Positions 40,924 through 57,509 of a DNA stretch of 60,000 nt are shown here, piece after piece. Numbering within the stretch: the stretch's first letter is position 1; every line of letters starts with the position of its first letter. The position numbers and the translations under genes were made by a program. Source of the DNA: Schmidtea polychroa (Eukaryota); NCBI GenBank assembly GCA_044892525.1, contig CM097885.1, positions 45,076,001-45,136,000 of the forward strand. The letters run 5' to 3'. The notes beneath the pieces were generated by a model. It saw only the letters and a program-made list of their open reading frames with translations, ran no database searches and was not told where the DNA came from.

Positions 40924-42242
40924 TAATAATAATAATAATAATAATAGAAAATTATGGAATTTTTTATATTTTTTATTATTTATCAGATATTGAAGTACCT
41001 AAAATTTCTTTTCCAACTTTCATCGAATGAATTTGATAATAATTTGCATTGTTATATTAATTATTTAAAAATGCATTTACAGAGAAATATTTAAAATAAC
41101 CAATATTTTTTTAATTTCCAACTTCTGTACAAAATAATCTCAAATATCTTTCACAATTTTCATTTCACAACTAAATAATTTATTTAGCATAGTTGTCTTT
41201 TGATAATTCAAAAAAGCGGTATTTTCATTTCAATTTTCATGTAGGTAGTCTGATAATTGTTGTGAAAATTCTGGGATTCTTTCGTGTAAAGAAAAGAGAG
41301 AAAGAGTTGAAAAAACAAACTACCATTTGAATTAAATGTAATTTTGTTTTAATAAATGTTTTTGTTCAGTTTTAGGATTTTATCGCATATAGTGAATGAA
41401 ATATAAAATTACAAATAAATAATTATTTTTCACACTTTCTGATTAATCTTATTGATTTTATTAACATAAACAAAATCAAGGGAATATAAAAATTGTTTTT
41501 GTTATTGGGAAATGAAAAATAATACCCCAGTTAATATAGGAAGTGAGCTTAAATTATCTGAAAATCAATAGAAATAATATCAAATAAACTTTTTTTTACT
41601 TGGATGGACTTTAAAAGAATACCAGATATAATATTATAAATGCTAAATGTCAAAAATAATTTTTTATATTTGAACTTAAGATTATATCTGAAATACGTTC
41701 ATCAAATAATTATGAATTTATAATTAAAATTTTTAAAAATTTTTGATTTCATTTTTTAAATTAGGAAAATACGTCACCCAAACTTTCATTTTACGATATA
41801 TTTCGACAGTTTTACTGTCATCATAAGGTAGAATAGAATAATTATAGAAATTATAGATTTTTGAAAAAAATTTATTAATTATATTAATTATATCATTTTT
41901 TTTAATAAAAAATATTTTATTCTTTAGAAATTATAATTTAAATAGTAAATCATTTTTTTAAATCGTAATAACTAAAAGAAAGAAAGTTTAAAATATTGAA
42001 ATTTAAAATTGTCCAATTTAATAATGTAATAATTAGTTAATTTAAAAACAAGAATCCATATATATAATTTATAAAAAAACATTTTAAACATAAAAATTCA
42101 CTGCATTTCGCACATTAATTTTCGGATCTAATGACTTTATCAATATCGCTCCACAAATCTTAGTTAGGTGTTTCTCTTTCTTACTTTCTTGTATAATAAA
42201 GATAAGCTAAATTAAAAAATGAAAAGTACAATTTAAGCAATA

Positions 42243-44086
<1,844 letters not shown>

Positions 44087-44777
44087 TACGTATCACTATT
44101 TGAATTAATATACTGCAAATTATTCAATAACCAAATTAAAGTCTAAATGATATTTCCGTCATCACTAATATTTTTTAATTAAGTCATTTTTCATGTTATT
44201 GGTCATATCAGCAACTGTTGATATTCCACGTGCGCTAAGTATGTGACGCACGCATAAAGAAAAAAGTCTTTACTTTCTCATCTTTTAGCTTTCTATATTT
44301 AGCTGATGTATATGGAGATAGAAATTACAAAGATATATTGAACCAAATTTAAATGAAAAAAGTTATGAATGTGATTATGATTGTTATCACAATTATAAAT
44401 GTGAAAATTTTTGAAGATTCGAATGTGACATATTTCAAAGTTTTTTTTACTAGTGTGGTGGTCTGCCATAGATGGTTCTGCACCAAATGGAACTTTTGAT
44501 CAATTAAAACAAATTTGAATAGACTAAAAACAAATTTTATTTAACCTTTGTTTAAATATTATATGTTTACTGGTATTGTATTTTAAAATTTAAAATAAAG
44601 CTAAGTTCAATTTTGTTGTACTGAATTTGATTTATGTGAAGAAATTTTTTTGCTTTACAACTTAATTTGCTAACTGAAATAATAAATCGGTTGTTGAAAG
44701 AATAAAGTTTTCTATGTCTCTATTCGGATTGTGAATTTTATTTTTCATCGTTATTTACAATTGCCTAATTTCTACAG

Positions 44778-45010
44778 TGAAAGCTCTTCAAAATAATTCT
44801 TTGAATGATGCAAATATTAATACCCTAAAAAAAACAAAAATAAATACAGTAACTGATTTAAAATTATGTCACATTGGGAGTAGTAACAAAAATAACCTTA
44901 TTCTTGTTTATGATATTTTTGGATTTAATATCAGCCAAAACAGACGATTAACAGATTATTTAGCTGAACATTCCTTAAAATGAACTTATGCCCAATTTAT
45001 TTTTTCCATT
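44778..45010 (+). pseudogene. Dienelactone hydrolase/CMBL-like exon fragment
   Basis: ctacag acceptor; NNLILVYDIFGFNISQNRRLTDYLAEHS then, in another frame, LMPNLFF (cf. DIFG..NTR.IAD.LA..G...PDFF). Confidence 0.55.
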
Positions 45011-45073
45011 GTACAGCGCCACAACAGCTAGTATTTGGAAATTTGTTTTTAGTACTTTTAAAATGTCATTTTC

Positions 45074-45241
<168 letters not shown>

Positions 45242-48200
45242 TAAAACAATAAAATGATAATTTAAGCCTTTTGCTGCAAATAATCTTGTCAATCTCAAGG
45301 AATATCTTATAGTCGAAATTTTTTTCATTAAATACATTATTTGCAGCAAAAGGCTTAAATTATCATTTTATTGTTTTAAATAATAAATGCTGCTACCGAG
45401 AAATCATCACTTTATATTTTTTATTATTATTACCAGAAAACATTGTTAAACTGGAAAGATTCAGCATTTATTTGATTCACATTACACAAATCGAATATTA
45501 AACAGATAAAAGAATTAATTCTAATTTTTAATCGTGATATAATAAATTATATACATATAAATTAGTATAGAGGATAATATTATTAAAGAATAAAAACAAC
45601 ACATGAATTTTTATTTTCTGAATAAATAAATAGTTATAATATCAGTAAAATGTTTTATTTTTTATTCGCCTTTGATCTAAACCTTTACTTTCCGATGTAA
45701 CACAAATTTTTGGCACTCTTTTAATAAAATATTGTAGCAATAGCAATTGAATAGAGCTTAAATTTCATTTCATAATACAGTTTTCACATTTATGTAAATT
45801 TCTGTATTTTTTCATAAACAGGTTTGATCCTTTAACTAAATCGGTGAATTCGAATGTTCAGTCGAGTTCTTTTGCAGTTATTATCATAATAATCGTTCCT
45901 TGTTCTTGTTCACGTTCCATATTTTTTCCATAATTTTCATTTGCTAATTGGTTTATCTATTGAATGGAATGATTCCCATATACCTCATATGAATGATATT
46001 TCCATATTATTAGCATAGAGCTCAATGAATTTAAGTTCTCATCCAATTTTACAGATTTCCGACTTATTGAAGTCAACAAAATAATTTTCAAAATGAAGTG
46101 AGCTTTATTATAAAATAATATTTTAATTACTTCATATATTATTTTGGTACCAAAAATTCTGGAATTTCATTCTCTTTACTTGTTTCTTAAATTGTTTGCC
46201 AAATATTGAATGTAAGTCTTTCAGCAAATGAAAAGTTAGAGTGTTACGCTCAGATAGTGAAGACTTAAGGACAATGGTAAAGAGGGTCCAGGTCAATACT
46301 ATGAGAAAGACTTCCATTAGTACGGCTAAAATTGTGCACAAGTAAAAAGCAAATAACTCCCCATTTGATGGTTGATCAATCGCTTCAAGTGGTAAATAAG
46401 TTTCTTTTTGTTTAAGAGCATAAATTAATTTCGTCTTTGATGTAACTCGCAGATATTGAATTTTGAGAAATCAACACAAAAAATAAAATTCACTGTACCA
46501 AACTTTATTTGATATTTTATTTCTTAAGTTTTATAAGAGTAAATAAAGAGTAAAAATTAGAAATGTTTTAATTACGTTTTAATTATAATAACCATCTAAA
46601 AAAGTAAATAAATGAAAACATAATTACAAAATTGTGTATAATAAAATTATATTATTAAAATTAATAAAATACATTTCCCTCAGTTTGAAAATCATTTAAA
46701 AAAATATTTTAAAAATCTTTAGGCAATAAAATTTATTTTTAAAAACAATTATTGATTTTAAAGATTTTTTCCTCAATTTCTCAAAACAACGTAATTATGA
46801 AAACTTAATTTGATTAAAATATATTTTTTTTAATTTTAGATTGAAATAGAAAATTAATGAAAAAATTGATTCAGTTGAATAAAACAATCTATGTTTAAAT
46901 TCTATAGTTAAAAATAAAAAATAAAATATGAAAACATAAATGGAAAAAAATTAAAAGAATAATACAAAAGTATATAGATATGGGTCCGCTGGGCTAACCT
47001 AACCCTCCACACAGATCCTGCTGAGGATTTTTGCTTTTTCTTAAAATACTGAGAATTTTTATGTAGGTCAATCCAAAATAGGTTAATTAAAATATAAGTC
47101 ATAAACAAGCTAAATAACAGCAACGGCGAACCAACAAGTTGTTTTGTTTTTATTTAATTATAAAATAATAATCATACGAATGTGTTCGAATATATATCTA
47201 ATTAATGTATATTATGGAAAATATTTCAATTTCCAGTTAGAGTAATGAAATTCTCTTTGCTTCCTTGGAGGCTCAAATTTAATAAAAAAATATTTGAGTC
47301 TTAGAAATTTAATTTTAATTTTATAAAAATTTTTAAAGTTTTAAAAACTTAATAAAGTTTTCTACTGTGTTTCAATATGATAATCTATATGTCGGATGAA
47401 AGAGGAGAATGATATCTATCGACTGACGCATTAATCAATGTATTGTCATTTTAAATTAAATAAGTATTCGAAATTTAAAATTTAAAAAACTTGACAAATC
47501 ATTCAAATCATTATTATTGTTATACAATATCCAATCAGATTCAAATATTATTTGTATAAATGACGATTTCTTATCAATATTTCTTTATTAAAATGAACAA
47601 AATCAATTTTATTATAAGTTTACTCAATGGAGTACTTTCAAATGAAGAATAAATTAAATAATTACTAGTTTACGAAACCTGGTATTCTATTCTGAGAAGA
47701 TGACAGAAGAAAACCTTGATTTTTCTTATTTTAAATCAGAAATCAATTAGAGCAAAGGAGTGCCATTTGAAATTGGCACTTTTTTCTCTATTCGAATCAA
47801 GCATGAACTGGTCACGGTTTTTGTGGCTTTTATATATATGAAGCAGATTATTTTCATATCTCAATCTTTTTATGAGAATTATTTTAAATAATCAGTCGAA
47901 TTAATTTATTTAATTACTATCTATAAAATATTATTTTTAAATTATTCAGAATATACCAGAGGGTTCATCAAATGCGAATTACTACTAAAATTTATTAGTG
48001 ACTGAATTTAAAACTTTAACCGTAATGTATACTTTAACTATTTAATATGTGCATTATCTAAGTTTATACTTTAACTGTAATATATATAATTAGACAATAT
48101 CATATCAATAAAATTTTTAATTCTAAACATTTATCAAAAATTATTTATTGTTGATCATTTATTTCAGTTATTTTCATTTAGACTAAAAATCAAAAAGTTT

Positions 48201-48304
48201 ATAATACTCAACACAAATATTTGGCTTTGTTTTTAACAAGTGTAATATGGTCTAAAAATATATCACAAGTGTCAAAAAATAGACAATAACAATACTGATA
48301 TTAT

Positions 48305-48402
<98 letters not shown>

Positions 48403-48889
48403 ATTATTATTATTGTTATTATTATTATAACAATAATAACAATTATAACAATTATTATTATAACAAATTTTGATCTTTGTTGATAATTATAAACTTAATT
48501 GATTTTAAAATTGGATTTTTTAATAAATTTTATAATAACCATTCAATTTTAAATAAATTAAAAATATTTTTTCAGACGAAACTCATAAAGTGTATCATAT
48601 TGCTTAGTTTTAATTATCCGTATATTAATTAAAGTTATCTTTACAAATATTGAAAATTATTATAAATAAACTATTATTAGCAAGTTATTGGAATATATTT
48701 TGATTTTAAATAATCTTGATTGAACCACTGTAAATGCATTGAAAGACACAGGAAAGCCCCAATATTTACTGACACATTGGTTGAAGGATTCGATTGAACT
48801 GGAACTTTAAAAATTACGACTCTATAGAAACTGATATAAAAGTTAAAGAAAAGATAAATGTGAGTGGTCACATTGGTCACATGGTCACA

Positions 48890-49269
48890 ATCTTTAATAA
48901 ATTCTGCATCTACAAATGACTTGTTTTGCTTTGCAATTTTATTGGCTAATATAAAACTAGCCTTCGTCGCGTTCTTTTAAAATTTTACATTTTATTAAAC
49001 ACAGTTTGATGTTGCTTCAAACTTTTTATCAGATAAGTTGCTTTCTTTTGCAGTTTTTTTTTGATAAATTTAGTTCAAAGTTAGCGTGTTTGCTTTGAAA
49101 ATGTCGTTTCAAATTGTATTTTTTGAATACAGCAACTGTTTCATGACAAATCAATCACACAGCTTTAACTCCAACGTTTGGTAAATCAATACCTTTCAGT
49201 GCACTCTTTGTTAAAAACACAGCATTCGTCTTCAATTTTTAGCTTTTTAGATCGCTTTGAAAAACTCAT
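48890..49269 (-). mobile_element. SPIN/GTF2IRD2-like hAT transposase 5' remnant
   Basis: MSFSKRSKKLKIEDECCVFNKE..CHETVAVFKKYNLKRHFQSKH..KIAKQNKSFVDAEFIKDC. Confidence 0.75.
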
Positions 49270-49941
49270 TGTGTAATTTTTTAGATAATAAAGCTACACC
49301 TAAATCCGAAATATAAAAGTCTCTATAATGCACGTTAGTGTGTTCATCAGTGAATGACTCACCATTTATGAGAGTATGAAGTTATTTACATATTATGAAT
49401 TTATTTGGAATTATTTTGATAAAATGTAAGTTAGATATATTTTTAACTATAAATAAAAGAAGAAAAACCAAACCCATTTATTTTTTTAAGACATTTAAGA
49501 AAGAAGCGGCGTAGTTTTTTAAGTTTTTGTAATCTTCTTCCTCCTGCTCATTGATAATACAAATTTTGTCATTTTATGTAATTCTATGAAAATATTATTC
49601 TTTTATGCAAGTTATCAAAATTTACAATTTTCGAATTTCGATGAACCTTGCTGAATATTAGAAATGCTACCTATCTGATATACTGTAAAATATTTTAATT
49701 ATTTGTAATTAAATGAAAAAATTCTTACAATTCTTCATCTTCGCAAAAATGTAGCGTTTCCAAAGAAGTATCTAAATATCAAAAGAAATATTAATTTCAA
49801 AAATATTGTATAAATAGATCTTACGATGTTTTGTCATCCCTTTCTCGAAAACTCAAAGTTATCAAAAATGATTATTATTATTATTGCTTCATTTGTTAAA
49901 CTGCTCAAATATCATCCTGGACCATTTTTATCATTGTTATT

Positions 49942-50022
<81 letters not shown>

Positions 50023-53000
50023 TTTATTTTTATTATATTGTTAACAACTATTTAATTCCCAGTTATTGAAATAATTGATTTATTATAGATAAAAATAGTG
50101 AAATTTCAGAAATGAAATGTAAATTAATATTTATAAAAACATATTTTAAGGTGAAAAAGTTATGAGTGACAAACTTTTAATTATAAATTATTTAAAAATA
50201 ATTATTAATTATTATTATCAGCTTTGTAAGACGCCAAAACTAGCATATGAAAAATTATTTTTAATTTTTCTGATTGGAAATACATATACTCTTCGAATAT
50301 TTCAAAACTTAACGGAATTTGTAATGAGCCTTGAATTGAATAATTAATATGAGTTGAACAGCGTGACATTTTTTGATCAAATTCTGAAGAAACCGAAATT
50401 TTTGCATTTTTATAATTTACAAATATCTAAAGGCTTGTCAGTGATAAGACAGGTAATATTTTTATAAAAAGTACACGAATGAATAAAGACATAATATTTT
50501 TATTTTTTAGTAGATATAAATTATACATAGGCATATATTCTGCATTGAAATTCAGGGCAATATTTCACAATCTATAGAAAGTCTATACGCATGATCAACT
50601 ACCCGTGATTAGGATTCATTCTCACAATATATATATCATATATTTTCGGTCTATATTTTTTGACTTTAACTTTTAAAATTAGATTTGGATCTGTTAACAA
50701 AATAATTTGATATTTTAAAGTTAGTTTTTTTTTAATTTAGTTTTCTTACACTCTAAAAAAAATCTTTGTGGCGGGTTTTGTTCACTTTATTAAAATTATA
50801 CGACTCTTCCAAACGTTTCATTAAAATTCTTCATATTTTTAGTTAACCAGTGATTTGTTTTTGTTTTAAAATCTCATATATTCAGTTATACATGAAATCT
50901 GTTTCCCCATTTGCACAAATTTGATTCATATTCGTAATGAAAATAGATGAAATGTTAAAATATTACAAAAGACAAATAAAAATATGCTTTTTAAAATTTA
51001 AAATTTAAAATTAATTTAGTTTCTATTTCAAATATTTTTAAAACCAAAATATTTATTATTAAATGATAATATAATCTAAATAAAATTAAAAAGTAAAAGA
51101 TCGTGGGAAATTTCTTATACTTGCTTCATGTAACGAGTTTTGTTTATATTAATATTTTTTTTAATTATAAATTTTTTTAATATTTTTATAAAAACTAAAA
51201 TATCGTGTATTGTACAAAAATATAGCCTAGATAAAATTAAAAATTAAAAGAGCCAGTGAAATATTTTTATACTTGCTTCAGGTGACATGTTTTTTTAATA
51301 ACCGTGCTAAATCGCTATTTGAAATTTCAATTTTTCAAATTATCCAAGAAACAATTTTTGACTTTGATTATTTTATATTATTTTATATTTCAAATCCTAA
51401 TCATATTTACATGGGAAAAACTCGAATTTCCCCTCACGGTAAATTATTACTCTTACAATTATAAGACAGAATATCACGTAGAGAGACTAATTAAAACTTT
51501 ATATGCTAGCAGCGTTTATTTTTAACGTGATGAATGCGCGAACCATGTTTCACTTTATACTTATTCAGAATTTCCTCTATTTCAATGAATTCAAACAATT
51601 TCATTTTTTAAATTTATATAACATATCAATCCCGAGCTCAATTAGCGGGAATTTTCACTTGAAAATTAGAAATTAACGAATACAAGTTGGTGATTATTTA
51701 AACGAAAATTTAAATTTAAAGTTATTTATTAAATTAATTAATTGAATATAAATAATTATTTAATACATATTACAATCAATGTTACTTCTAAATTTTCGTT
51801 TGTCTTATGCGCTACTAATTGTGTGTGTGCAAAACTTTTGAAATTTTGCACATTTTTGTGCACGTTATAGTGAATAAACCAAAAATTATATACACCTGTT
51901 TGCACTGAATAAACACGTCCTATAATGTAAAAATAAAATAAATAAGTGTATATTACATAAACATACAAACTTACATGTGTGTTGATTTTTAGCGTTGCAA
52001 TGAATAAAAGCATTTAATGTAGAAAGTGGTAGAAAAAATAAACTGACACACAAAAACACAACACATAGTGTAAAATGCATGCAAATTTTCGATATGTAGA
52101 ATCGTTGTAATGAATAAACGCACTATAGTAAATCATTTACAGACATTTTTAGAATTTTTTAGAAAAAAATGAATGAAAATATTTTTAACGAAAATTCCGA
52201 AAACTCAACTTTGAGTTCTATAGATAATGAAGACATTATTTCGTAAGATTTATCTTAATTTTTAATAAATTTAACATTGCTCTGAAATCTCAGCTTTGCC
52301 GTCCGATGTTGGGGAAAAAACTAGAAAAACGTAAATTTGATTATCTAAATTGAAAAATTAATATTTCTATAGATTTTTATAATTTCGGACGATTATTAGA
52401 AATTCGCAGAGAATCAAGCAGAAATATAATTTATAAATATAAAAAATTTAATAAATTGTATTAATAAATTGTATTTGTTATTTAATTACTTAATAAAATA
52501 ATAATAAAACTCACATTATATTGAAATAATTCCAAATAATAATATTAACATCTAAAACTCCTGAAAAATTAATTAAAAATAATTTATAATAAAAAATGTT
52601 GATAAAAAGTATTATTTAAGAGCTCGAATAATGATCTCATATCTATATGGATATTCAAGCCTTAAAGTTTACTTTAAATAAAAATAAGTTACTTGAAAGC
52701 CATTTCTAAAATGCTAAATAAAATAGCTAACTAAGTAGTTGAATGCATGTAGTTAAATTAACCACATGCATTCCAAAAAAATTTCATGAAGAATGACGCA
52801 TCTATAATTGGTTGTACATAACAACCCATATTATAGATCCGTTTATTCAGTGCAAACGGGTGTATTAGTTTACAATCCAGAGTTAAAAATGGGGAAATAT
52901 ATATATAGCGGTTTTGAAGTCTGGTAGAAGTACACAGATTTTTTGTTATACATAATCCATAATATATCTCATTCACTTGCCCTGGATTTAAACCCTGAAT

Positions 53001-54879
53001 CATTACGTTTATCATAAAATTTTATTACAAACGACAAGACAAGAAACAGAGTAGAGGTAGAGGTTTTTTTATTAAAAACCGGATGTCTGTAAGCTACAAA
53101 CAAATAATTTCATGTGATAGGAAATCTTATCTGATGTTTAAGAAGTGAAGACACATGATAGATAATGAGAGATATATGCAAGTGCTACAGTCTATTAAAT
53201 TTACAGTCCTACTGTAACTCATATACTCTATTTAAAATTAATGGTATTTAGATATATTCTACATAATTTTAACTTATGGACTTACTCTAAAATTATTTGA
53301 TTTTGAATAATATTGATTGAATCACTGTACAACATATGTACGACATTGATTGAGGAATCCAACAGAATTGGGACTTTAAAATTACGACTCTAGAAACGGA
53401 TGTAAAAGTTAAAGAAAATATAAATGTCATAATATGGTCACATTGAAATGCAAAAAATAATAAATATTTTTCCCTAAATATTTTTGTATTCACTTTAAAT
53501 TGCATTGTGATGGAGTTACAGGCTTTGTACACGTGCACATGCGTACAGTTTAGAGGGAACATAGATTAAAATTGAAGTTTGTATTTGTTACATTGGGTTA
53601 ATTGTTTTAATCATTCAATTAAATTTGATTATAATAATTCTTAAAACAAGTGATATCATTTGAAATACATTATGATTCATGTACTTGACCAAGGTATACA
53701 TTAATATCCCTGACCTTACAACCATGACCATCAAAACTGCGAATTGCAGTTTATTATATTAGATAGCATAAAAAAGTTCTAAAGACGTATATTAACATAT
53801 TTACTAGACTAGAAGATAATCCAACTAAGGACAAAATATGTATTGCTTTTAATACATCACTATGGCATACGGTTATGATTGAAGCTATACCGCGTTGCAT
53901 TTGATAACAAACAGTCTATAATATAAAAATATAATCAATAAATGTGTGGAGTATATTACACCTAATTCCGAAATTTAATAATCTCTATAATCTAAAAAAA
54001 TCAATAAATTTATAGTATAGGAACACACAAACTTACCTGTGTGTAGAAATTTAATGTTCCGAAATTTATAAACTTTATTATAGGAATTGAGAAAGTGCCA
54101 GAAAAATAATTGAACATACCAACACAAAACACATAATGAAAAATGCATGCAAATTTATTATAGCGTTTTTGTTCCAAAATTAATAACCATTAACATATTG
54201 TTAACATATAATTATTAAAAAATTATAGAGGAAAAAACTTTAAATTTAGAAAACAGCAAAAATACATCGTAAAATTTAATTATAAAATAATTTAGAATAT
54301 AACCTTTCTTCTGATAATATAAAATTTATTCATTAAGTTACAAAACATTAAAATATTTTACATTAAAATATTTTTCGCAAATCGTAAATTTTAATAAACC
54401 AGTGTTCTCCAAACTGGGTGTCGCGTAGGATATTTTGGGTGTCGCGAGATTTTATAAAGATTCCATAAACTTTTTATTGAGTGTTACCGATTTTAAAACA
54501 AATTCAAAAATTTCAGCTAAAAAATCTAAGGAACTTCCACTGAGATTGTTTTTTTATTAATCTTAACGTTCATTTTATTTTCAAAAAGTGATCTTAAGTG
54601 ATTGAAGGCGACTAGAAAAATATTTTCGTTCTCTAAGTTGTTTAACTTGTCTTTTGGAAAAATAACTTTGCGAAAAATGTAAATTGTCATTTTAAACACA
54701 ACATAAACAAAAGAAACAATAAATTTGATTAAAAAGTGCAAAAAAACATTATTTCCATAAGAGGGTAAAAAAGTAACTTCCAATTTGTGTTATTTATCAA
54801 GTGAAGAATTGCATGTTTTAAGTAAATTTTATTCGATAAATTGTAAATAATAATATAATCGAGTTTATTTTTTATTAGG

Positions 54880-56537
54880 ATGGATAAAATTTTGTTGAAT
54901 AAATCAGTTAAAGTACCAAATTCAGTGACCAAAAAATTCGATAAGAAAAGAAGATATGCTGAAGAATTCATCTAATTTGGATTCATTGCGACTGAGAAAA
55001 ATGGACAGGAAATGGAAACTCTGCCAGCACAAAGGCTTAGATTGCAAGTATTCAAGTAGCTTATTTACTTGCTAAAAAAGAAAACCACAGACAGAAGCTG
55101 AAAGTATTATTGCTCCTGCAGTTTCAAACATTGTTAGCACAATGCTGGAATGTGAAGCTGCTGAGAAAGTGAAGAAAGTGCCATTGTCAGCAAACACAAT
55201 TTCAAGAAGGATTTAAGATTTTTCAAACGAAATTAAATCTGAAATCGAGAATTTTTAGAACTCGGAAGAGGAATTTTCCAAATTGTGGTCGCTGCAAGCT
55301 GACAAAACCACCGACATCAACGGAAAAGCACAGCTCATTACATTCATCAGATTCGTTCACGGTACAGAAGTAATGAACCAATATTTGTTTTGTCAGGAGT
55401 TGATTGAAACGACCACAGGAAGAGATATTTTCAACTTGATTGATGACAATGTGAAGAAATATCAACTTCAATGACAGAAATGCGTCGGAGTTTGTATAGA
55501 TGGCGCTCCAAGTATGCAAGGAAAATTGAAAGGACTCGCAGCCTTGGTTCGTCTTGTTAGCCTTTCAGTCACCATAACACACTGTATGATTCACCGAGAA
55601 GCTTTAGTTTCAAAGTCAATTCCTTCGCAGCTCCAAATTGTCATGAATCAAGTCGTCTCGATCGTCAATATTATCAAGTCAAAGCCTTTGAACTAGAGAA
55701 TTTTCGGTCTTCTTTGCAATGCTATGGATTCTGATTTGAAAACTCTGTTCTACCAGTCAGAAGTTTGATGGCTGTAAAAAAGGAAAAGTTCTTGAGCGTG
55801 TTGTACACCTCAAAACTGAAATTTTTTCATTTCTTGAAGTTGAGGATAGCACACCGTTTTTTTTATTTTCGAGACAGTGACTAGTGGTTGAAGGTATCAT
55901 TTCTTAATGATTTTTGTAACAGTCACAATGTTCTTAATAAGAGTCTTCAGGGATCAGCTGAAAATATTATGACGGCAACATCAAAGCTTCTTTCATTCAA
56001 AGAAAAAACTCACTTGTTCGTTGGAAAAATCAAGGATAAAACTTCGATTTTCTACCCACCGTTGATAAATTGGCTAATATGGATTAAATTTCTGAGCTTG
56101 CTCTCCAAGCCATGGAAATGCTTTTGAAAGCACTCGACAATTATTTCCTTTCCTTAAACGTCAACTTTTGTCAGTAGATTTTGAATCCATATGGAACAAA
56201 CGAATGGTCTTGAATTTTCCACGAAAGAAGAAGAACAGCTTATTGATTTGAAAAATAATATTGTCAACAAAATTAATTTTGAACAAAAGGTCTGGAAGAG
56301 TTTTGGATTTCTCTAAGCAAGGATTATCCCGAGTTGAGCATCAAAGCGTTAAAATTATTGCTTCCGTTTTCTACATCATATTTATGTGAACTTGGATTTT
56401 TGGCACTGGTTGAGATTAAATAAAAGGAACTTGAAAGTTTGCAGACAGATGATGAAAAAATGCGAGTTAGTTTGTCGTCGCTCTTGTCTCTTTTCGATGC
56501 TGTTTGCTCGGAACATCAAGTACATCCATCACATTGA
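54880..56537 (+). pseudogene. Buster-type hAT transposase (ZBED5/ZBED8-like), decayed
   Basis: KKRRYAEEFI.FGF, KKVPLSANTISRRI, WSLQADKTTD, TTTGRDIF, VGVCIDGAPSMQG, THCMIHREALVSK, LLPFSTSYLCELGF, HPSH*; stops, frameshifts, BED finger deleted. Confidence 0.92.
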
Positions 56538-56657
56538 AATTTGAGACGGACAAAATAAATAAAAATACGTAAAATAAAAATAATTTGTGTTATATTTTCT
56601 CAAACCCGCAAGTTAAACGGCATTAAACTTTCATAAAATTTGATGCAAAATTTTACA

Positions 56658-56912
56658 TCAAAATATTTGAATAAACTGAACAAACATCAGATGATTTTTA
56701 TTGAAATTCAAAGAGGCACTGTTAACACAATATCTTAATCCGGTAGGCTTGGGCCCGTCATCAAACACGTGGCCAAGATGAGCTCTACAACAGACCCAGC
56801 TATAAGTACCAGGATCTTTGTTATCCCCAAATATTCCCGTAAAGGTGCATTCTGTTCCTTTATTTCTGGCGGTTCCGTATTGTTCAGGAGTTAAAATTGT
56901 TTTCCATTTATT
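56658..56912 (-). pseudogene. MSRB: Methionine-R-sulfoxide reductase B fragment with internal deletion, in frame with PSMA6
   Basis: [19 protein letters not shown]....DPGTY.WVCC joined to [28 protein letters not shown]. Confidence 0.9.
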
Positions 56913-57179
56913 ATCATATGATAGTGCTATCATTGAACAACCTAATGGTCGCATCTCAGTCAATTGGGTATAGAGCTGATTAATATCCGCAAATCAACGA
57001 CATATTATATCACAAGGCATTTCGGATCAAATTTTATATTCAAATCGAGCTGCTTCCACTTGTGCACGACATACTTGAGATCGACAATCAGGGATCATAC
57101 CAGTCATAACACATATTAACATATTAAACAATCTTGTAGCTGAACTCTTCTAAATAATTTTATCTGGAACTTTTCTTTT
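56913..57179 (-). pseudogene. PSMA6: Proteasome subunit alpha type-6 internal fragment, in frame with Rab1
   Basis: [77 protein letters not shown], matching the alpha-6 motifs KKVPDK, VMTGM.ADSRSQV and YTQ.AEMRPLGC. Confidence 0.88.
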
Positions 57180-57509
57180 TGCATATCTATCGATTTCATT
57201 AAGCCAATTTTTAACATTGTTAAACGAATCTTGATCGGTAACATCACACACAACAATAATTCCATGAGCTCCTCTGTAATAAGACGAGGTTATAGTTCTA
57301 AATCTTTCTTGACCTGATGTATCCCATATTTGCAATTTTATAGTTTCATCATCTAATTCAGTAGTTCTGATTTCAAAGTCAACTCCAATTGTGCTTCTGC
57401 ATTTTTCAGTATAAGTATCATCTGCAAATCTGAGTAATAAACAAGATTTTCCAACACCAGAATCTCCAATTAATAGAAGCTTGAATAAATAGTCATACTC
57501 TGGATTCAT
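57180..57509 (-). pseudogene. RAB1: Rab1 fragment (codons 1-110, intronless, truncated before NKxD)
   Basis: [31 protein letters not shown]...[24 protein letters not shown]...NEIDRYA. Confidence 0.93.

Noticed and set aside
56994..57152. Stop-codon recoding (selenocysteine or alternative code) in the cargo
   Set aside because: The stops align to D, G and R positions of proteasome alpha-6, not to Cys or Trp, and include both TAG and TGA. Point decay is the simpler explanation.
57150..57509. Functional stand-alone Rab1 gene
   Set aside because: It stops matching Rab1 at residue 110, lacks NKxD, SAK and the prenylation cysteines, continues into PSMA6 sequence, and lies inside a transposon.
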